Assembly (NCBI GenBank): GCA_910587185.1
Contig: CAJULY010000005.1
Span: 25,608-89,607, forward strand
Direction: 5' to 3'
From: an uncultured Muribaculaceae bacterium
Lineage (GTDB): Bacteria; Bacteroidota; Bacteroidia; Bacteroidales; Muribaculaceae
DNA: 64,000 nucleotides
Positions 8,054-19,377 of this stretch are shown here, piece by piece. A model generated the notes under the pieces. It worked only from the letters and a program-made list of their open reading frames with translations. It was not told the origin of the DNA and searched no databases. Made by a program: the position numbers and the translations under genes. Each line of letters starts with the position of its first letter. Positions within the stretch are counted from its first letter, which is position 1.

Positions 8054-11000
8054 ATGAAAAGAAAGTACCTAACAGTTATTACTGCGCTGATTCTCAGTAG
8101 TTTAATTGGGGGGGTGCTAAAGCGTCGGAAACCGGCGCGGAGGCTCCGGCGCAGAGTTCAGGCATGCAGGCCGCTGTGGCTACTCTTTCCGGAATCGTTA
8201 CTGACGCTGACGGTGAGCCTCTGATCGGCGCGTCGGTCATGGTAGAAGGGAGCAAAATCGGCGCCTCTACCGATATCGACGGTAAGTTTTCGATCGCCAA
8301 TGTAAAAGTCGGTTCCAAGTTCACGGTCAGTTACGTGGGCTATTCTCCCGTGACCAAAGTCTGGAACGGCAAGCCTATGACCATCATTCTGAGTGAAAAC
8401 ACCAGTATGCTCGACGAGGTTGTCGTAGTTGGTTACGGTGTTCAGAAGAAAGTCAATCTGACGGGCGCTGTCAGCGAAGTCAAAGGTGCTGAACTGGCGC
8501 TTCATCCCGTTGGCGACGCCGCCCAGCAGCTGCAGGGTCTCGTGCCGGGTCTTTTTGTCAGCAACACCAATTCGGGCCGTCCGGGCGGAAGCGCGTCGCT
8601 TCAGCTTCGCGGTCAGGGAAACCTTTCCGGCACAGGCACACCATACGTGCTTGTCGATGGTGTGGAGATGGATCTTGCCGACGTCAATCCTAACGACATC
8701 GAAAGCATCTCGGTGCTGAAGGATGCCGGCGCCTCGGCCATTTACGGTGCCCGCGCAGCCTACGGTGTCATCCTTGTCACCACCAAACGCGGTCAGGACG
8801 GCAACATGCGTGTCAGCTATCAGGGAACCGTGGGCTGGTCCAAGCCTACCAAACTGCCCGAAATGGTTGACGGCTATGAGTTCGCCAAGTTCTGGAACGC
8901 CGGCTGTACGAACGCCGGAACGACCCGTCTCTACAGCGACGAGAAGCTCGAACTGCTCAAGAAATTCCGCGATGATCCCAGCAGTGTCGATCCCTGGTTC
9001 GAGATGAATCCCAATTCGATGATGAACCCGCAGTTCGAGAACTCGGAAAGCGGCGTGGGCAACACCGACTATTTCGATCTCCATTACAAAGACTGGGCTT
9101 TCAAGACCAACCATAACCTCAGCATGAGCGGCGGCGGCAAAAAAGCCACATATTATATTTCTCTCGGTTATTATAGCGAGGACGGCGTGCTGCGTTATGC
9201 CGACATGGGCTACAAACGCTACAACTTCGCAACCAATATCCGTTCGGAGCTGACAAAATGGCTGACGGTCCGCGCGAACACCAAGTTCGTCCACAACGAC
9301 ACCGACACGCCTTTCGGCACCGGCGGTCTCAGCGAAGGATTCTATCACTCGCTCGCCCGCTTCCGTCCGACAGTTCACCCGATCGATCCCAACGGTCATT
9401 TCACCGAACTCAGTCTCGCGCCCTATCTGCAGAGCGGAACCTACACCGACACCAAGCGCGACCGATTCGCCATCACGGCCGGCGCCGACATCAATCCTCT
9501 GAAAGACTGGTACATATTTGTGGATTACACTTACAAATACAATGCCATGAACTATGAGGCCAAAAACATAGCTCCCGACATCTATGCCGCCGACGGCGAG
9601 CGCACCTCGAAAGGCGTGCGCGGTGAAATGGGCGTGCAGCGCGACGGCAGCTACACGCGCCGCAAAGCCGACACTCGCTATCAGAACTTCAATATCTACA
9701 CCAACTACAGCCTGACCATCGCCGATGTCCATAACTTCAGCATCATGGCCGGCTATCAGTCGGAAGAAAGCCGCTACTCGCTTCTCGGCGCCCGCGTTAC
9801 AGGTCTTTATTCGACCACCAATCCCGGCATCAACCTCGGCAGCGGTGCAACCACCAACGAGGACACCCGCAACTCCTGGAGCACCCGCGGCTACTACGGA
9901 CGTTTCAACTACAATTATGACGGTCGCTATCTTATCGAATTCAATGCCCGTTACGACGGCTCTTCACGTTTCGCCTCCAACAACCGCTGGGGCTTCTTCC
10001 CCAGTGTCAGCGTGGGCTGGAACATTGCCAAGGAAAAATTCTGGGAAGATTTCACCAATATAATGCCTCAGTTCAAGCTTCGCGGATCGTGGGGTAAACT
10101 CGGTAACCAGAGCGGCGCTGCCCTCTATACGTTCGCTTCCACCATGGGTGTTGCCTCGCAAGGCAACTACTGGTTCGGTGATGACCGCACGGGTTACATC
10201 GGCACTCCCGGCGTGATAGACCCCAATGTCACCTGGGAAAAGGTGGAGAGCAAGAACATCGGTGTTGACTTCGGTTTCCTCAACATGGCTCTGACCGGAT
10301 CGTTCGAGCTGTTCCAGCGCGACACCCATGACATGCTCGGCCTGGGCAATGACTTCCCCGATTTCTTCGGAGCTGATGCTCCTCAGGCCAACAACGCGAG
10401 CATGCGTAACCGCGGCTGGGAATTCCAGGTCAACTACAACGGCCGAATCGGCAAAGACATCAACTTCAGCATAGGCGGTTCTATCTCCGACGCTACGGCC
10501 GAGGTTACGGAATATGAGAACCCGACGGGCAACAATCCCGGCGGCAGCTGGTACACCGGCCGCAAAGTCGGTGAAATCTGGGGCCTCCGCTCAGGCGGCA
10601 TTATCCAGACTCAGGATCAGGCCGACGCATTCAACAGCCTTGACCGCAGTTATCTCAACGGTGGCACATGGACCATCGGCGATGTCAGCTACATAGACAT
10701 CAACAATGACGGCAAAATCAACCGCGGCACCAACAAACTCGGCGATATGGGCGACTTCACCGTCATCGGAAACACGACTCCCCGCTATCAATATACCATC
10801 AACGGCTCTATAGGCTGGAAAGGTCTCAATCTGCGTCTCATGTTCCAGGGCGTGGGCAAGCGTGACTGGAATCCCGGAACCGCTCCCTATTTCTGGGGCT
10901 GGAGCTCTTACGCACAGGCGACAGTGTTCACCCAGCATCTGGACTACTGGACTCCGGAGAACACGGACGCTTATTATCCGAAACCCTACATGCACACGGC

Positions 11001-11304
11001 CGGCGGTATCGGAATCTATCAGAACCGCAACATGCAGACCTCTGACCGCTATCTTCAGAACGCCGCATATATCCGCCTGAAGAACGTGACGCTGAGCTAC
11101 GATCTGCCGAAGAGCATCGTCAGCCACGTGGGTCTCGACAAGGTTCAGGTGTTCTTTACCGGCGAAAATCTCTGGACAAGCACCAAGCTTGCGAAGATGT
11201 ATGATCCCGAAGCTATCTTCACCTCCAACACATATACCGGCGAAGGTGGCAAGAACTATCCCATGAACAAAGTGATTTCATTTGGCCTTATCGTAAACCT
11301 CTAA
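8054..11304 (+). CDS. susC: SusC/RagA TonB-dependent receptor; signal peptide out of frame at G7 tract 8108-8114
   Basis: LDEVVVVGYGVQKK, NDIESISVLKDAGASAIYGARAAYGVILVTTK, RYDGSSRF. ATG 8054 encodes a signal peptide 110 nt upstream of, and out of frame with, the 8164 ORF. Confidence 0.93.
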
Positions 11305-11317
11305 ACAACAAAACGAA

Positions 11318-13132
11318 ATGAAAAAATCCAATATATTGTTTGCGGCGGTCATGCTCGGGGCAATGAGCACTCTGACAGGCTGCTATGACCTTGACCGGGA
11401 GCCGGAGGGCGTGCTTGCCACAACCACTCCCTTCACGAGCACCGGCGAGATGCAGAGCTACCTGAACCAGTATTATCAGGGAGCCGGAATCAGAACCCAG
11501 GGATTTGACGCCGGTGGCGGCCAGTACATAGCCGGCGCCGACACCCACAGTGACAACATGGCCTCTACCGCCGTGTGGACCCGCATGGACGGCACGCTTT
11601 CCATAGCTTCGGCTTCCAAACTCACCCAGTACAACAATATCCGCAGCGTGAATTTCTTCCTCAACAATCTCGACAACTGCAAGGACCAGAGCAGTCCCGA
11701 CTACAAGCAGGCCGTCGGCGAGGGCTACTATTTCCGCGCATGGTTCTATTATCAGCTGCTGATCAACTACGGCCCCGTGGCATGGACCGACAAGCCTCTG
11801 GATCCCGACATGGAAGTGATGAAGCTTCCGCGCGAACCGAGAACAGTGATTGCCGACCATATTCTCGCGGACCTCGACAACGCCATCCTCAACCTGCAGG
11901 AACGTAACAACTGCGCCTCATTCCGCGTGCACCGCGACGTGGCCCGCGCGCTGAAGAGCGAGGTCGCTCTCTTCGAGGGAACATGGGAGAAATATCACAA
12001 GGCCAAGAACACCCCCTTCTTCGATCCTTCGGTTACCGACGCTAAAATCAACGATTATCTGACTCAGGCCGTCAATGCCGCCAAAGAGGTGATGAACCGC
12101 GGATGCTGGCGCATCTACAACACCGGCAATGTCAACAATGACTACCGCATAATCTTCCAGACTACCGATCTGAGCGGCAACCCTGAAATACTCTGGTTCA
12201 AGAAATATGACGGCAGCGAGATAGGCAACAATGTCAACCGTTACCTCAATCAGGGCGGCGGCAGTATGGGCATCACCGCTTCGCTCGTCGATGACTATCT
12301 GACAATCGACGGCCGTCCCTTCGTTGGAGCCGAGAAACTTGAGGCCAAGAAGGTTTATGGCAACGAACTGCTTCCTACGGTGCGCGATCCCCGTCTGGCT
12401 CAGACAGTGGCTACTCCGGGACAGGTTCTTCGCCCCGACGAGCCTCAGGGCTTCACACTGCCTCCTTTTGTCGGCACATCGGCCTATAACGCCAATCCGA
12501 GCGGCTATTCTCTTCTTAAACATGTCCAGATCGACTACACCGGCAACCTCGATGCCGAATGGGCCGGCGCTACGCCCGCTATCCAGTTCCGCTATGCCGA
12601 CGTGTTGCTGAACTGCGCCGAAGCTCTCGCTGAACTCGGCGGCGCTGCAAACGCTTCGGAGATCATAAGTGTGCTTCATCCGCTGCGTGAGCGTGCCGGA
12701 ATGCCTGACGTGAATTTCGACCGCGAATATAACACCGATCCGGAATATCCGTTTGCAACGCTCGACAAATATATCCAGGCAGTGCGCCGTGAACGCCGAG
12801 TTGAGAAGGCTTGTGAAGGCCGTCGCTTCGAGGATATTCTCCGTTGGGCTGCCGCCGACGTGCTTATCGTGGGCAAATGGCCGAAAGGCGCTCTCTTTAC
12901 GGGCAGCAATCTCGAAGCCGCTTTCCCCTCGCTGAAATATGATCAGGCAAGCGGAAACCAGATTTTCCTGACCGGCAAGCCGGGCGATCCCTACCGCTAT
13001 GTGATCCCGACCAATCCTACAGGCCACGAGAACGGATGGGGCTTCAACGTGAACCGCGACTATCTTCTCCCGATCCAGGACCGCATGCTGACGCTTACCG
13101 ACGGTCTCTGGCAGCAGAACCCCGGCTGGTAA
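11318..13132 (+). CDS. susD: SusD/RagB nutrient-binding lipoprotein
   Basis: Lipobox LTGC; GEGYYFRAWFYY, FRYADVLLNCAEA, VRRERRVE, EGRRFEDILRW, QNPGW end. Confidence 0.95.
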   Translation: MKKSNILFAAVMLGAMSTLTGCYDLDREPEGVLATTTPFTSTGEMQSYLNQYYQGAGIRTQGFDAGGGQYIAGADTHSDNMASTAVWTRMDGTLSIASASKLTQYNNIRSVNFFLNNLDNCKDQSSPDYKQAVGEGYYFRAWFYYQLLINYGPVAWTDKPLDPDMEVMKLPREPRTVIADHILADLDNAILNLQERNNCASFRVHRDVARALKSEVALFEGTWEKYHKAKNTPFFDPSVTDAKINDYLTQAVNAAKEVMNRGCWRIYNTGNVNNDYRIIFQTTDLSGNPEILWFKKYDGSEIGNNVNRYLNQGGGSMGITASLVDDYLTIDGRPFVGAEKLEAKKVYGNELLPTVRDPRLAQTVATPGQVLRPDEPQGFTLPPFVGTSAYNANPSGYSLLKHVQIDYTGNLDAEWAGATPAIQFRYADVLLNCAEALAELGGAANASEIISVLHPLRERAGMPDVNFDREYNTDPEYPFATLDKYIQAVRRERRVEKACEGRRFEDILRWAAADVLIVGKWPKGALFTGSNLEAAFPSLKYDQASGNQIFLTGKPGDPYRYVIPTNPTGHENGWGFNVNRDYLLPIQDRMLTLTDGLWQQNPGW

Positions 13133-13158
13133 CTTCCGGCCATACCGATAGAATCCAT

Positions 13159-13190
13159 AATGGCGTTCCCATCCCCGGGAGCGCCATTTG
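13159..13190 (+). terminator. Hairpin terminator after susD
   Basis: AATGGCGTTCCC / GGGAGCGCCATT stem followed by a T-rich tail. Confidence 0.7.
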
Positions 13191-13648
13191 TTGTATTTAA
13201 AAGCTTTTTACTCCGAGCCTTATGTAAAGACGGTTACTTAATCTCTCAAGGCTTTGGAAGAGGCACAAATTATATTTTGAATAAGAGTGTTGGAAAGTTG
13301 GGAGGATTGTTCAGCAATAGCTCAAATGATGGAGAAAGCTATGGAGAAAGCTATGGAGAAAGCTATGGAGAAAGCTATGGAGAAAGCAAGGATCGATTAC
13401 GAGAAGGACAAGTGCGTCGTAAACGATTGTCATATTCGGAATTAAGTGCTGAGATTGCGGCAATATGCGATACGTGGAAAAGCTGTAGTGAGATAGCTCG
13501 GATACTTTGTTATAAATCAAATTACATAAGTACGAGGTTGCTTCCAAGGATGCTTTCGGAAGGATTGATAGAATCTTTGCATAAAGATTCGCCAAAGCAT
13601 CCCGGACAAAAATACAGGGCGATAAAGAACGGGAGCAAGAGTAAATAG
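13190..13648 (+). pseudogene. AT-rich C-terminal remnant of an ATP-binding/Fic-type regulator (wHTH ending PKHPGQKYR)
   Basis: The only ATG (13160) lies inside the susD terminator; C-terminal HTH-like segment; no N-terminal domain. Confidence 0.55.
13329..13387 (+). repeat. 12-bp tandem repeat (ATGGAGAAAGCT) x ~4.9, in frame (GESY)n
   Basis: Read directly from sequence. Confidence 0.95.
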
Positions 13649-13765
13649 ATTATCCTGAAGCTATGACGCAGGATTATATTCATAAGTAGAAAGGGGGTTG
13701 CTATATCGCTTTTTTTGATTAACTTTGCCGCGCAAAATCAATAACTTCAACTAAAGTTTAAGAAA

Positions 13766-14587
13766 ATGTCAACATACAATGAATCGGCGGCTCCCAAAGT
13801 CACCACTGTGCGTCTTCAGGCAATGAAGGATGCAGGGGAGAAAATAGCATGTATCACTTCCTATGATTTTACGATGTCAAGACTGGTGGATGCCGCGGGA
13901 GCTGATTTTATTCTCGTGGGCGATTCAGCCGCCAATGTGATGATGGGCTATGACACGACCCTTCCGATCACACTCGATGACATGATAACGTTTGCCAAGG
14001 GCGCGGTGCGTGGCGCACGTCGCGCGCTCGTGGTTGTGGATATGCCGTTCGGCTACTATCAGGGAATGCCCGACGAAGCTGTGCGTTCGGCGGTCAGAAT
14101 CATGAAAGAGACCGGCGCGGCTGCCGTCAAGATGGAAGGGGGAGAAGAGATTCGCGAGTCAATAGCCAGAGTTCTTGCCGCCGGCATTCCGGTTTGTGCC
14201 CATCTTGGACTGACGCCCCAGTCGGTCAACAAGTTCGGAGGCTACGGAGTGCGCGCCAAGGGCGATGCCGAGGCCGACAGGCTGATTTCCGACGCCCTGA
14301 TGCTTCAGGAGTTGGGATGTTTTGCTCTGGTTCTCGAAAAAATTCCTGCTGCGCTTGCTTCCGATCTCACCCGGAAACTCCGCATCCCTACCATCGGCAT
14401 AGGTGCCGGCTCTGAAACCGACGGCCAGATTCTCGTTGTTCAGGATATGCTCGGTATGAACGAAGGCTTCAAGCCTAAATTCATGCGTCATTTCGGCCAG
14501 ATAGGCAAGGCTATAACTGAGGCGGTCGGGACTTACGTCAGCGAAGTGAAAACTGTGACTTTCCCTTCGGCAACGGAACAATACTGA
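13766..14587 (+). CDS. panB: 3-methyl-2-oxobutanoate hydroxymethyltransferase
   Basis: TSYD, ILVGDSAA, VVDMPFG, VKMEGG, HLGLTPQS, TIGIGAG. Confidence 0.96.
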   Translation: MSTYNESAAPKVTTVRLQAMKDAGEKIACITSYDFTMSRLVDAAGADFILVGDSAANVMMGYDTTLPITLDDMITFAKGAVRGARRALVVVDMPFGYYQGMPDEAVRSAVRIMKETGAAAVKMEGGEEIRESIARVLAAGIPVCAHLGLTPQSVNKFGGYGVRAKGDAEADRLISDALMLQELGCFALVLEKIPAALASDLTRKLRIPTIGIGAGSETDGQILVVQDMLGMNEGFKPKFMRHFGQIGKAITEAVGTYVSEVKTVTFPSATEQY

Positions 14588-14605
14588 TTTTTCCCTTCCT
14601 GACGG

Positions 14606-15934
14606 ATGGGCCATTCGCTCGACTACAAGATAACCCGTCTCGGGCTGCCTATACTGATAGGGCAGCTCGGGACGATTGTCGTCGGATTCGCCGACACCGC
14701 GATGGTCGGCCATCATTCGACGGCGGAACTCGCGTCGGCCTCGTTTGTCAACAATCTTTTCAATGTAGCCATATTCACGCTGCTTGGATTTTCCTACGGC
14801 CTGACTCCAATAGTTGGAGCTCTTTTCGGCGCGGGCAAGCGTAACGACATAGGCGCCATGATGCGCAACGCCATAGTGGCCAACCTGGGATTCGGGCTGC
14901 TTGTGGGTGCCATAATGCTTGCGGTCTATTTCAATCTCGGACGTCTCGGGCAGCCGGTCGAACTGCTTCCGCTGATACGGCCCTATTATCTGATATATCT
15001 GTCGGGAATCGTGCCGCTGGCTCTGTTCAACGCGTTTGCCCAATGGGCCTACGCCATCAACCGCACCCGCATGCCCATGTGGATCATACTCATTTCCAAT
15101 GTGGTGAACATAGCGGGCAATTACGCTTTCATCTATGGTCGCTGGGGAATGCCGGAAATGGGGCTGAACGGCGCGGGGGTATCGACACTGTTGGCGCGTG
15201 TGTTCTGTGCCGTGGCGATAATCGTGATTTTCTGCACGCGCAGAGACTACGGCATCTATCGCGCGGGACTGAAGTCGGGGAAGCTGACGGGCCGGTCGTT
15301 GAAAGAGATAACGTTCACATCGGTCCCGGTTTCGCTCCAGATGGGCTTCGAATCAGGCTCGTTCACGGCCGCAGCCGTAATGGCGGGATGGCTCGGGGCG
15401 CTCGATCTGGCCGCCTACCAGGTGACAGTGATTCTCGGGACTCTCGGTTTCTGCATATATTACAGCATGGGTGCGGCTACTTCCATCATGGTCGCTAACG
15501 CCGCCGGAGTGAACGACCGGAAACTCATGCGGCGCACCGCTTATGCCGGCTATCGCATAATCCTCACTCTCGCCACTATTTCTTCGCTAATCTTCTTTTT
15601 CCTCGCGCGGCTTATCCTGACTGTGTTCACATCCGATCCGGCTGTGATAGCCCTCAGCCTCACACTCATTTTTCCTCTGATACTCTATCAGCTCGGTGAT
15701 GCCACGCAGATAACGTTCGCAAATGCGCTGCGCGGCACTTCGAAGGTGATGCCTATGATGTGGATCTCGCTGATTTCCTACGTGGTGATCGGCATGCCTG
15801 CCACATATATCCTCGCTTTCCCCTGTGAAATGGGGCTCTACGGGATTATTCTGAGTTTCTCCGTGTCGCTTTTCGTTGCCGGGGCTCTGTTCCTTTACTT
15901 TTTCCAGCGGGCAACGCGCAAAACTCAGGGGTGA
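14606..15934 (+). CDS. MATE family efflux transporter
   Basis: PILIGQLG...DTAMVGH, MGLNGAGVST, about 12 TMs. Confidence 0.92.
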   Translation: MGHSLDYKITRLGLPILIGQLGTIVVGFADTAMVGHHSTAELASASFVNNLFNVAIFTLLGFSYGLTPIVGALFGAGKRNDIGAMMRNAIVANLGFGLLVGAIMLAVYFNLGRLGQPVELLPLIRPYYLIYLSGIVPLALFNAFAQWAYAINRTRMPMWIILISNVVNIAGNYAFIYGRWGMPEMGLNGAGVSTLLARVFCAVAIIVIFCTRRDYGIYRAGLKSGKLTGRSLKEITFTSVPVSLQMGFESGSFTAAAVMAGWLGALDLAAYQVTVILGTLGFCIYYSMGAATSIMVANAAGVNDRKLMRRTAYAGYRIILTLATISSLIFFFLARLILTVFTSDPAVIALSLTLIFPLILYQLGDATQITFANALRGTSKVMPMMWISLISYVVIGMPATYILAFPCEMGLYGIILSFSVSLFVAGALFLYFFQRATRKTQG

Positions 15935-16098
15935 GCCAACTTTTTGGCACGGAGTTTGTTGTGACTGCTGTGAGACGATTGGCAGCGGTTTTTGCACCAA
16001 TTAATATTTTTTTATCAAAAAAGTGGCGCAGACCGCAAATAAAAATCTATCTTTGCAGACTGTATCAAGGTATATCATAAAAACTTATAAATATAAAA

Positions 16099-16722
16099 AT
16101 GGAAAATAACGAACTCGACCGCATCAGCTACGCGCTCGGCCTCAGCATGGGAAACAACTTCCGCAGCAGCGGAATAGAAAAAATCAATGTGAAGGACTTC
16201 GCTGACGGTGTGGCCGCTGTCTTTTCAGGAGAAACGCCCAAAATGACTTACGACGAAGCCAAAGAGGAAATCCGCAAGTTTTTCACTGAAATGGAAGAAC
16301 GCCAGAAGGCGGAGGCAGCCAAAATGGGCGAAGTCAATGCTAAAGCAGGCGAGAATTTCCTCGCTGAGAACGCAAAGCGTCCTGAGGTGAAGACGACAGC
16401 CACCGGGCTGCAGTATGAGATAGTCAAGGAAGGGGACGGTCCCACTCCTAACCGCGGCGACCGTGTCACCGTGCATTATACCGGCAAGCTTATCGACGGA
16501 ACCGTTTTCGATTCGTCGGTTGAACGCGGCGAACCCGCCACATTCGGTGTCACCCAGGTGATCCCCGGCTGGGTCGAGGCCCTTCAGATGATGAAGACCG
16601 GTTCACAGTGGAGACTCTATATTCCTTCGAAACTCGCATACGGTCCCAACGGCGCCGGCGGTGTGATCGGTCCGAACGCAACCCTCATTTTCGACGTGGA
16701 ACTCATCAAAATTGAAAAATAA
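16099..16722 (+). CDS. FKBP-type peptidyl-prolyl isomerase (FklB-like)
   Basis: SYALG N-domain; [33 protein letters not shown]. Confidence 0.95.
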   Translation: MENNELDRISYALGLSMGNNFRSSGIEKINVKDFADGVAAVFSGETPKMTYDEAKEEIRKFFTEMEERQKAEAAKMGEVNAKAGENFLAENAKRPEVKTTATGLQYEIVKEGDGPTPNRGDRVTVHYTGKLIDGTVFDSSVERGEPATFGVTQVIPGWVEALQMMKTGSQWRLYIPSKLAYGPNGAGGVIGPNATLIFDVELIKIEK

Positions 16723-16753
16723 AATAACGTAAAGAAACACAGTTAGAAAAATT

Positions 16754-17680
16754 ATGAAAAAAATTATCGTAGCCTTTGGCGTGGCCGCCGTGGCATTAGG
16801 TTTCGCAAGCTGTAACAAGGGCGCAGAGAACACATCTGCCGCTTCCGACAACGGAATCCAGGCCGACTCTCTCTCGATGCTTCTGGGCGATGTCCAGGGC
16901 GCAAGCTATCTCGGATACTGGGACCAGATGCCCGACACCATGAAGGCAAAACTCAGCAAGGACGAGTTTCTCGCCGGCTTCAAGGCTGTCATGCAGAAAG
17001 ATTACAACAAGGATCAGGCCTATCTGATGGGTATGAGCACAGCCATGCAGCTTCTTGGCAACGTCAGCCAGATGGAAGATGCCGGCGTGAAATTCAACCG
17101 CAGCGAATATATCTCCCATTTCAGCAACGCATTCAAGCAGGATTCTGTTGATCAGGCCGGCATGACCGCTAAGAACGAGCAGCTGACCCTCTACATGAAC
17201 GAGGTTCAGGGACTCATGATGAAGAAACAGCAGGAAATGCAGCAGCAGGCTATGAAAGAGGCCGAGGCTAAGGCTCAGCCCAACATCAAGGCCGGCAAGG
17301 AATATGTGGAGAAGCAGAAAAAAGCAGATCCTTCCATCAAGACGACTGAATCAGGCGTCAGCTACAAGGTTGTCAACGAAGGCAGCGGCGCCAAGCCCGG
17401 CAAGACCGACAATGTCAAGGTAAAATATGTCGGCAAACACATCAACGGCGAGGAATTCGACTCTTCGAGAGGCGAGGCCGTGCAGTTCAATGTCAGCGGC
17501 GTTGTTCCCGGCTTCGGAGAAATCCTCCAGCTGATGGCTCCCGGTGCGAAATACGTGGCTTATATCCCCGCAGACAAGGCCTACGGCAACCATGGCACCA
17601 ACAACATCGAGCCGGGTGAGACCCTCGTGTTCGAAATCGAGATGGTTGAGGTTGTTCCTTCAGCCAGCGCTGCCAAATAA
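16754..17680 (+). CDS. FKBP-type PPIase lipoprotein
   Basis: Lipobox FASC; VKYVGKHINGEEFDSS, IPADKAYG, LVFEIEM. Confidence 0.92.
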   Translation: MKKIIVAFGVAAVALGFASCNKGAENTSAASDNGIQADSLSMLLGDVQGASYLGYWDQMPDTMKAKLSKDEFLAGFKAVMQKDYNKDQAYLMGMSTAMQLLGNVSQMEDAGVKFNRSEYISHFSNAFKQDSVDQAGMTAKNEQLTLYMNEVQGLMMKKQQEMQQQAMKEAEAKAQPNIKAGKEYVEKQKKADPSIKTTESGVSYKVVNEGSGAKPGKTDNVKVKYVGKHINGEEFDSSRGEAVQFNVSGVVPGFGEILQLMAPGAKYVAYIPADKAYGNHGTNNIEPGETLVFEIEMVEVVPSASAAK

Positions 17681-17794
17681 AGCGAGCCGGTTCGTCTGAA
17701 CTTACACGGTGTCACCCTCAACGGTCCGTGGCTCATGCCGCTGGGATCCGACGGGTGACACCTTTTCTTATCTCTGGAAACAAAATAGAAATAT

Positions 17795-18484
17795 ATGAAA
17801 AAACCTCGACTGGTTGTGCTGACAGGGGCCGGAATGAGTGCTGAAAGCGGAATATCCACCTTCCGCGACAGCGGTGGTCTCTGGGACAATTATCCCGTGA
17901 TGGATGTGGCGAGCCACGACGGTTTCGTGCGCAATCCGGAGCTGGTCCACAGCTTCTACAACACACGGCGCCGTGAGCTGATGGCCGTAAAGCCCAATGC
18001 AGGCCATTCTGGCCTCGTAGAACTGGAGAAATGGTATGACGTGGATATAATCACCCAGAATGTTGACAATCTTCACGAGCGTGCCGGTTCTCTCAAGGTC
18101 CTTCATCTCCACGGAGAACTGATGAAGGTCCGTTCGATGACCCACCCGGAGCGCGTCTATACGCTGACGGAGGAGAACCCCGACACATCGACCGCTACCC
18201 GCGACGAATATGGCGATCCCGTGCGTCCGCATATCGTGTTCTTCCAGGAAGCGGTCCCCAATATCGGACCGGCCATGGATATAGTGAGTCAGGCCGACGT
18301 GCTGGTCATCATCGGGACCTCAATGGCGGTTTATCCCGCGGCGGGGCTTGTCGATTATGCCCGTCGAGGAATACCTGTCTATTACATTGACCCCAATCCG
18401 GCGCCTGTACGCGACGGAATAACCGTTCTGCGCACCACTGCGACCGAAGGGGTGCGTCAGCTCATAGAAATCCTCAGACCTTAA
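17795..18484 (+). CDS. cobB: NAD-dependent deacylase (sirtuin)
   Basis: [44 protein letters not shown]. Confidence 0.95.
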   Translation: MKKPRLVVLTGAGMSAESGISTFRDSGGLWDNYPVMDVASHDGFVRNPELVHSFYNTRRRELMAVKPNAGHSGLVELEKWYDVDIITQNVDNLHERAGSLKVLHLHGELMKVRSMTHPERVYTLTEENPDTSTATRDEYGDPVRPHIVFFQEAVPNIGPAMDIVSQADVLVIIGTSMAVYPAAGLVDYARRGIPVYYIDPNPAPVRDGITVLRTTATEGVRQLIEILRP

Positions 18485-18495
18485 CACACATCATT

Positions 18496-19377
18496 ATGAA
18501 GAAAATAGCTTTAGGACTCATGTTTGCGCTGGGCGTAACCGCTGTTTCGGCCCAGACAACCGCCAAGGCTCCCGTCCTTTCCTCGCTTGCCGACTCTGTT
18601 TCCTACTACGTCGGTCAGACCGAGGGAATGTTCGTCAACGCTCAGGCAGCCACTCTTCCTGACGCTGCGGCGCAGAAATATAAAAAAGCTTATACATCAG
18701 CCATGTCATACGTTTTCTCCGATCCTGACGTGAATATGGAGACTCTCGACGCATTGCGGCGCGCAGTCGAGATGCGAGCCATGATGCTCGAGATGGAGAA
18801 GAGCGGGGTGGAGACCGATCCCAAGCTCTTTATGAGCGCTTACAACAGCGCTCTTGAAGCTCCCGCGAAGACTCTCGGCGAAGTTCGCTCCGAAGCCAAA
18901 GGAATAAATGAACTCGTCAGCCGCGCCTCGCAGGTCGCAAAGCAACGCAAGGAGGCCGAGGCCGCAGCCGAGGCTGAAAAGAACAGTCAGGCGGGACGTG
19001 AATTCGTGGCCAGGCTGAAGAAGGCCGACAAAAAGATCGTGACTACCCCCTCGGGGCTGTCGTATAAGGTTGTCAAGAAAGGAAAAGGCGCAACTCCCGG
19101 GCCCGATGACAAAGTGCTTGTCCATTACACGGGCAAGACGATTGACGGAACGGTGTTCGACTCCTCGGTTGAGCGCGGCGAACCTGCCGAGTTCGGCGTA
19201 GGCGACGTTATAAAGGGATTTGGCGAGGGCCTGCAGCTTATGTCGCCCGGAGCGAAATACACGCTATATATACCCGCCGAGATAGGTTATGGCAACCGTG
19301 GCGCCGGCGATCAGATCAAGCCGGGCGACACCTTGATTTTCGATGTGGAACTTCTTGAAATAAACCCTGAAAAATGA
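18496..19377 (+). CDS. Secreted FKBP-type PPIase
   Basis: Signal peptide; [25 protein letters not shown]. Confidence 0.93.
   Translation: MKKIALGLMFALGVTAVSAQTTAKAPVLSSLADSVSYYVGQTEGMFVNAQAATLPDAAAQKYKKAYTSAMSYVFSDPDVNMETLDALRRAVEMRAMMLEMEKSGVETDPKLFMSAYNSALEAPAKTLGEVRSEAKGINELVSRASQVAKQRKEAEAAAEAEKNSQAGREFVARLKKADKKIVTTPSGLSYKVVKKGKGATPGPDDKVLVHYTGKTIDGTVFDSSVERGEPAEFGVGDVIKGFGEGLQLMSPGAKYTLYIPAEIGYGNRGAGDQIKPGDTLIFDVELLEINPEK

Noticed and set aside
8158..13027. Long antisense ORFs (8158-9732, 11918-13027) and similar overlapping ORFs throughout
   Set aside because: Shadows of GC3-rich coding on the opposite strand; no recognisable motifs.
13329..13387. CRISPR array
   Set aside because: Head-to-tail 12-mers without spacers; no cas genes in the window.
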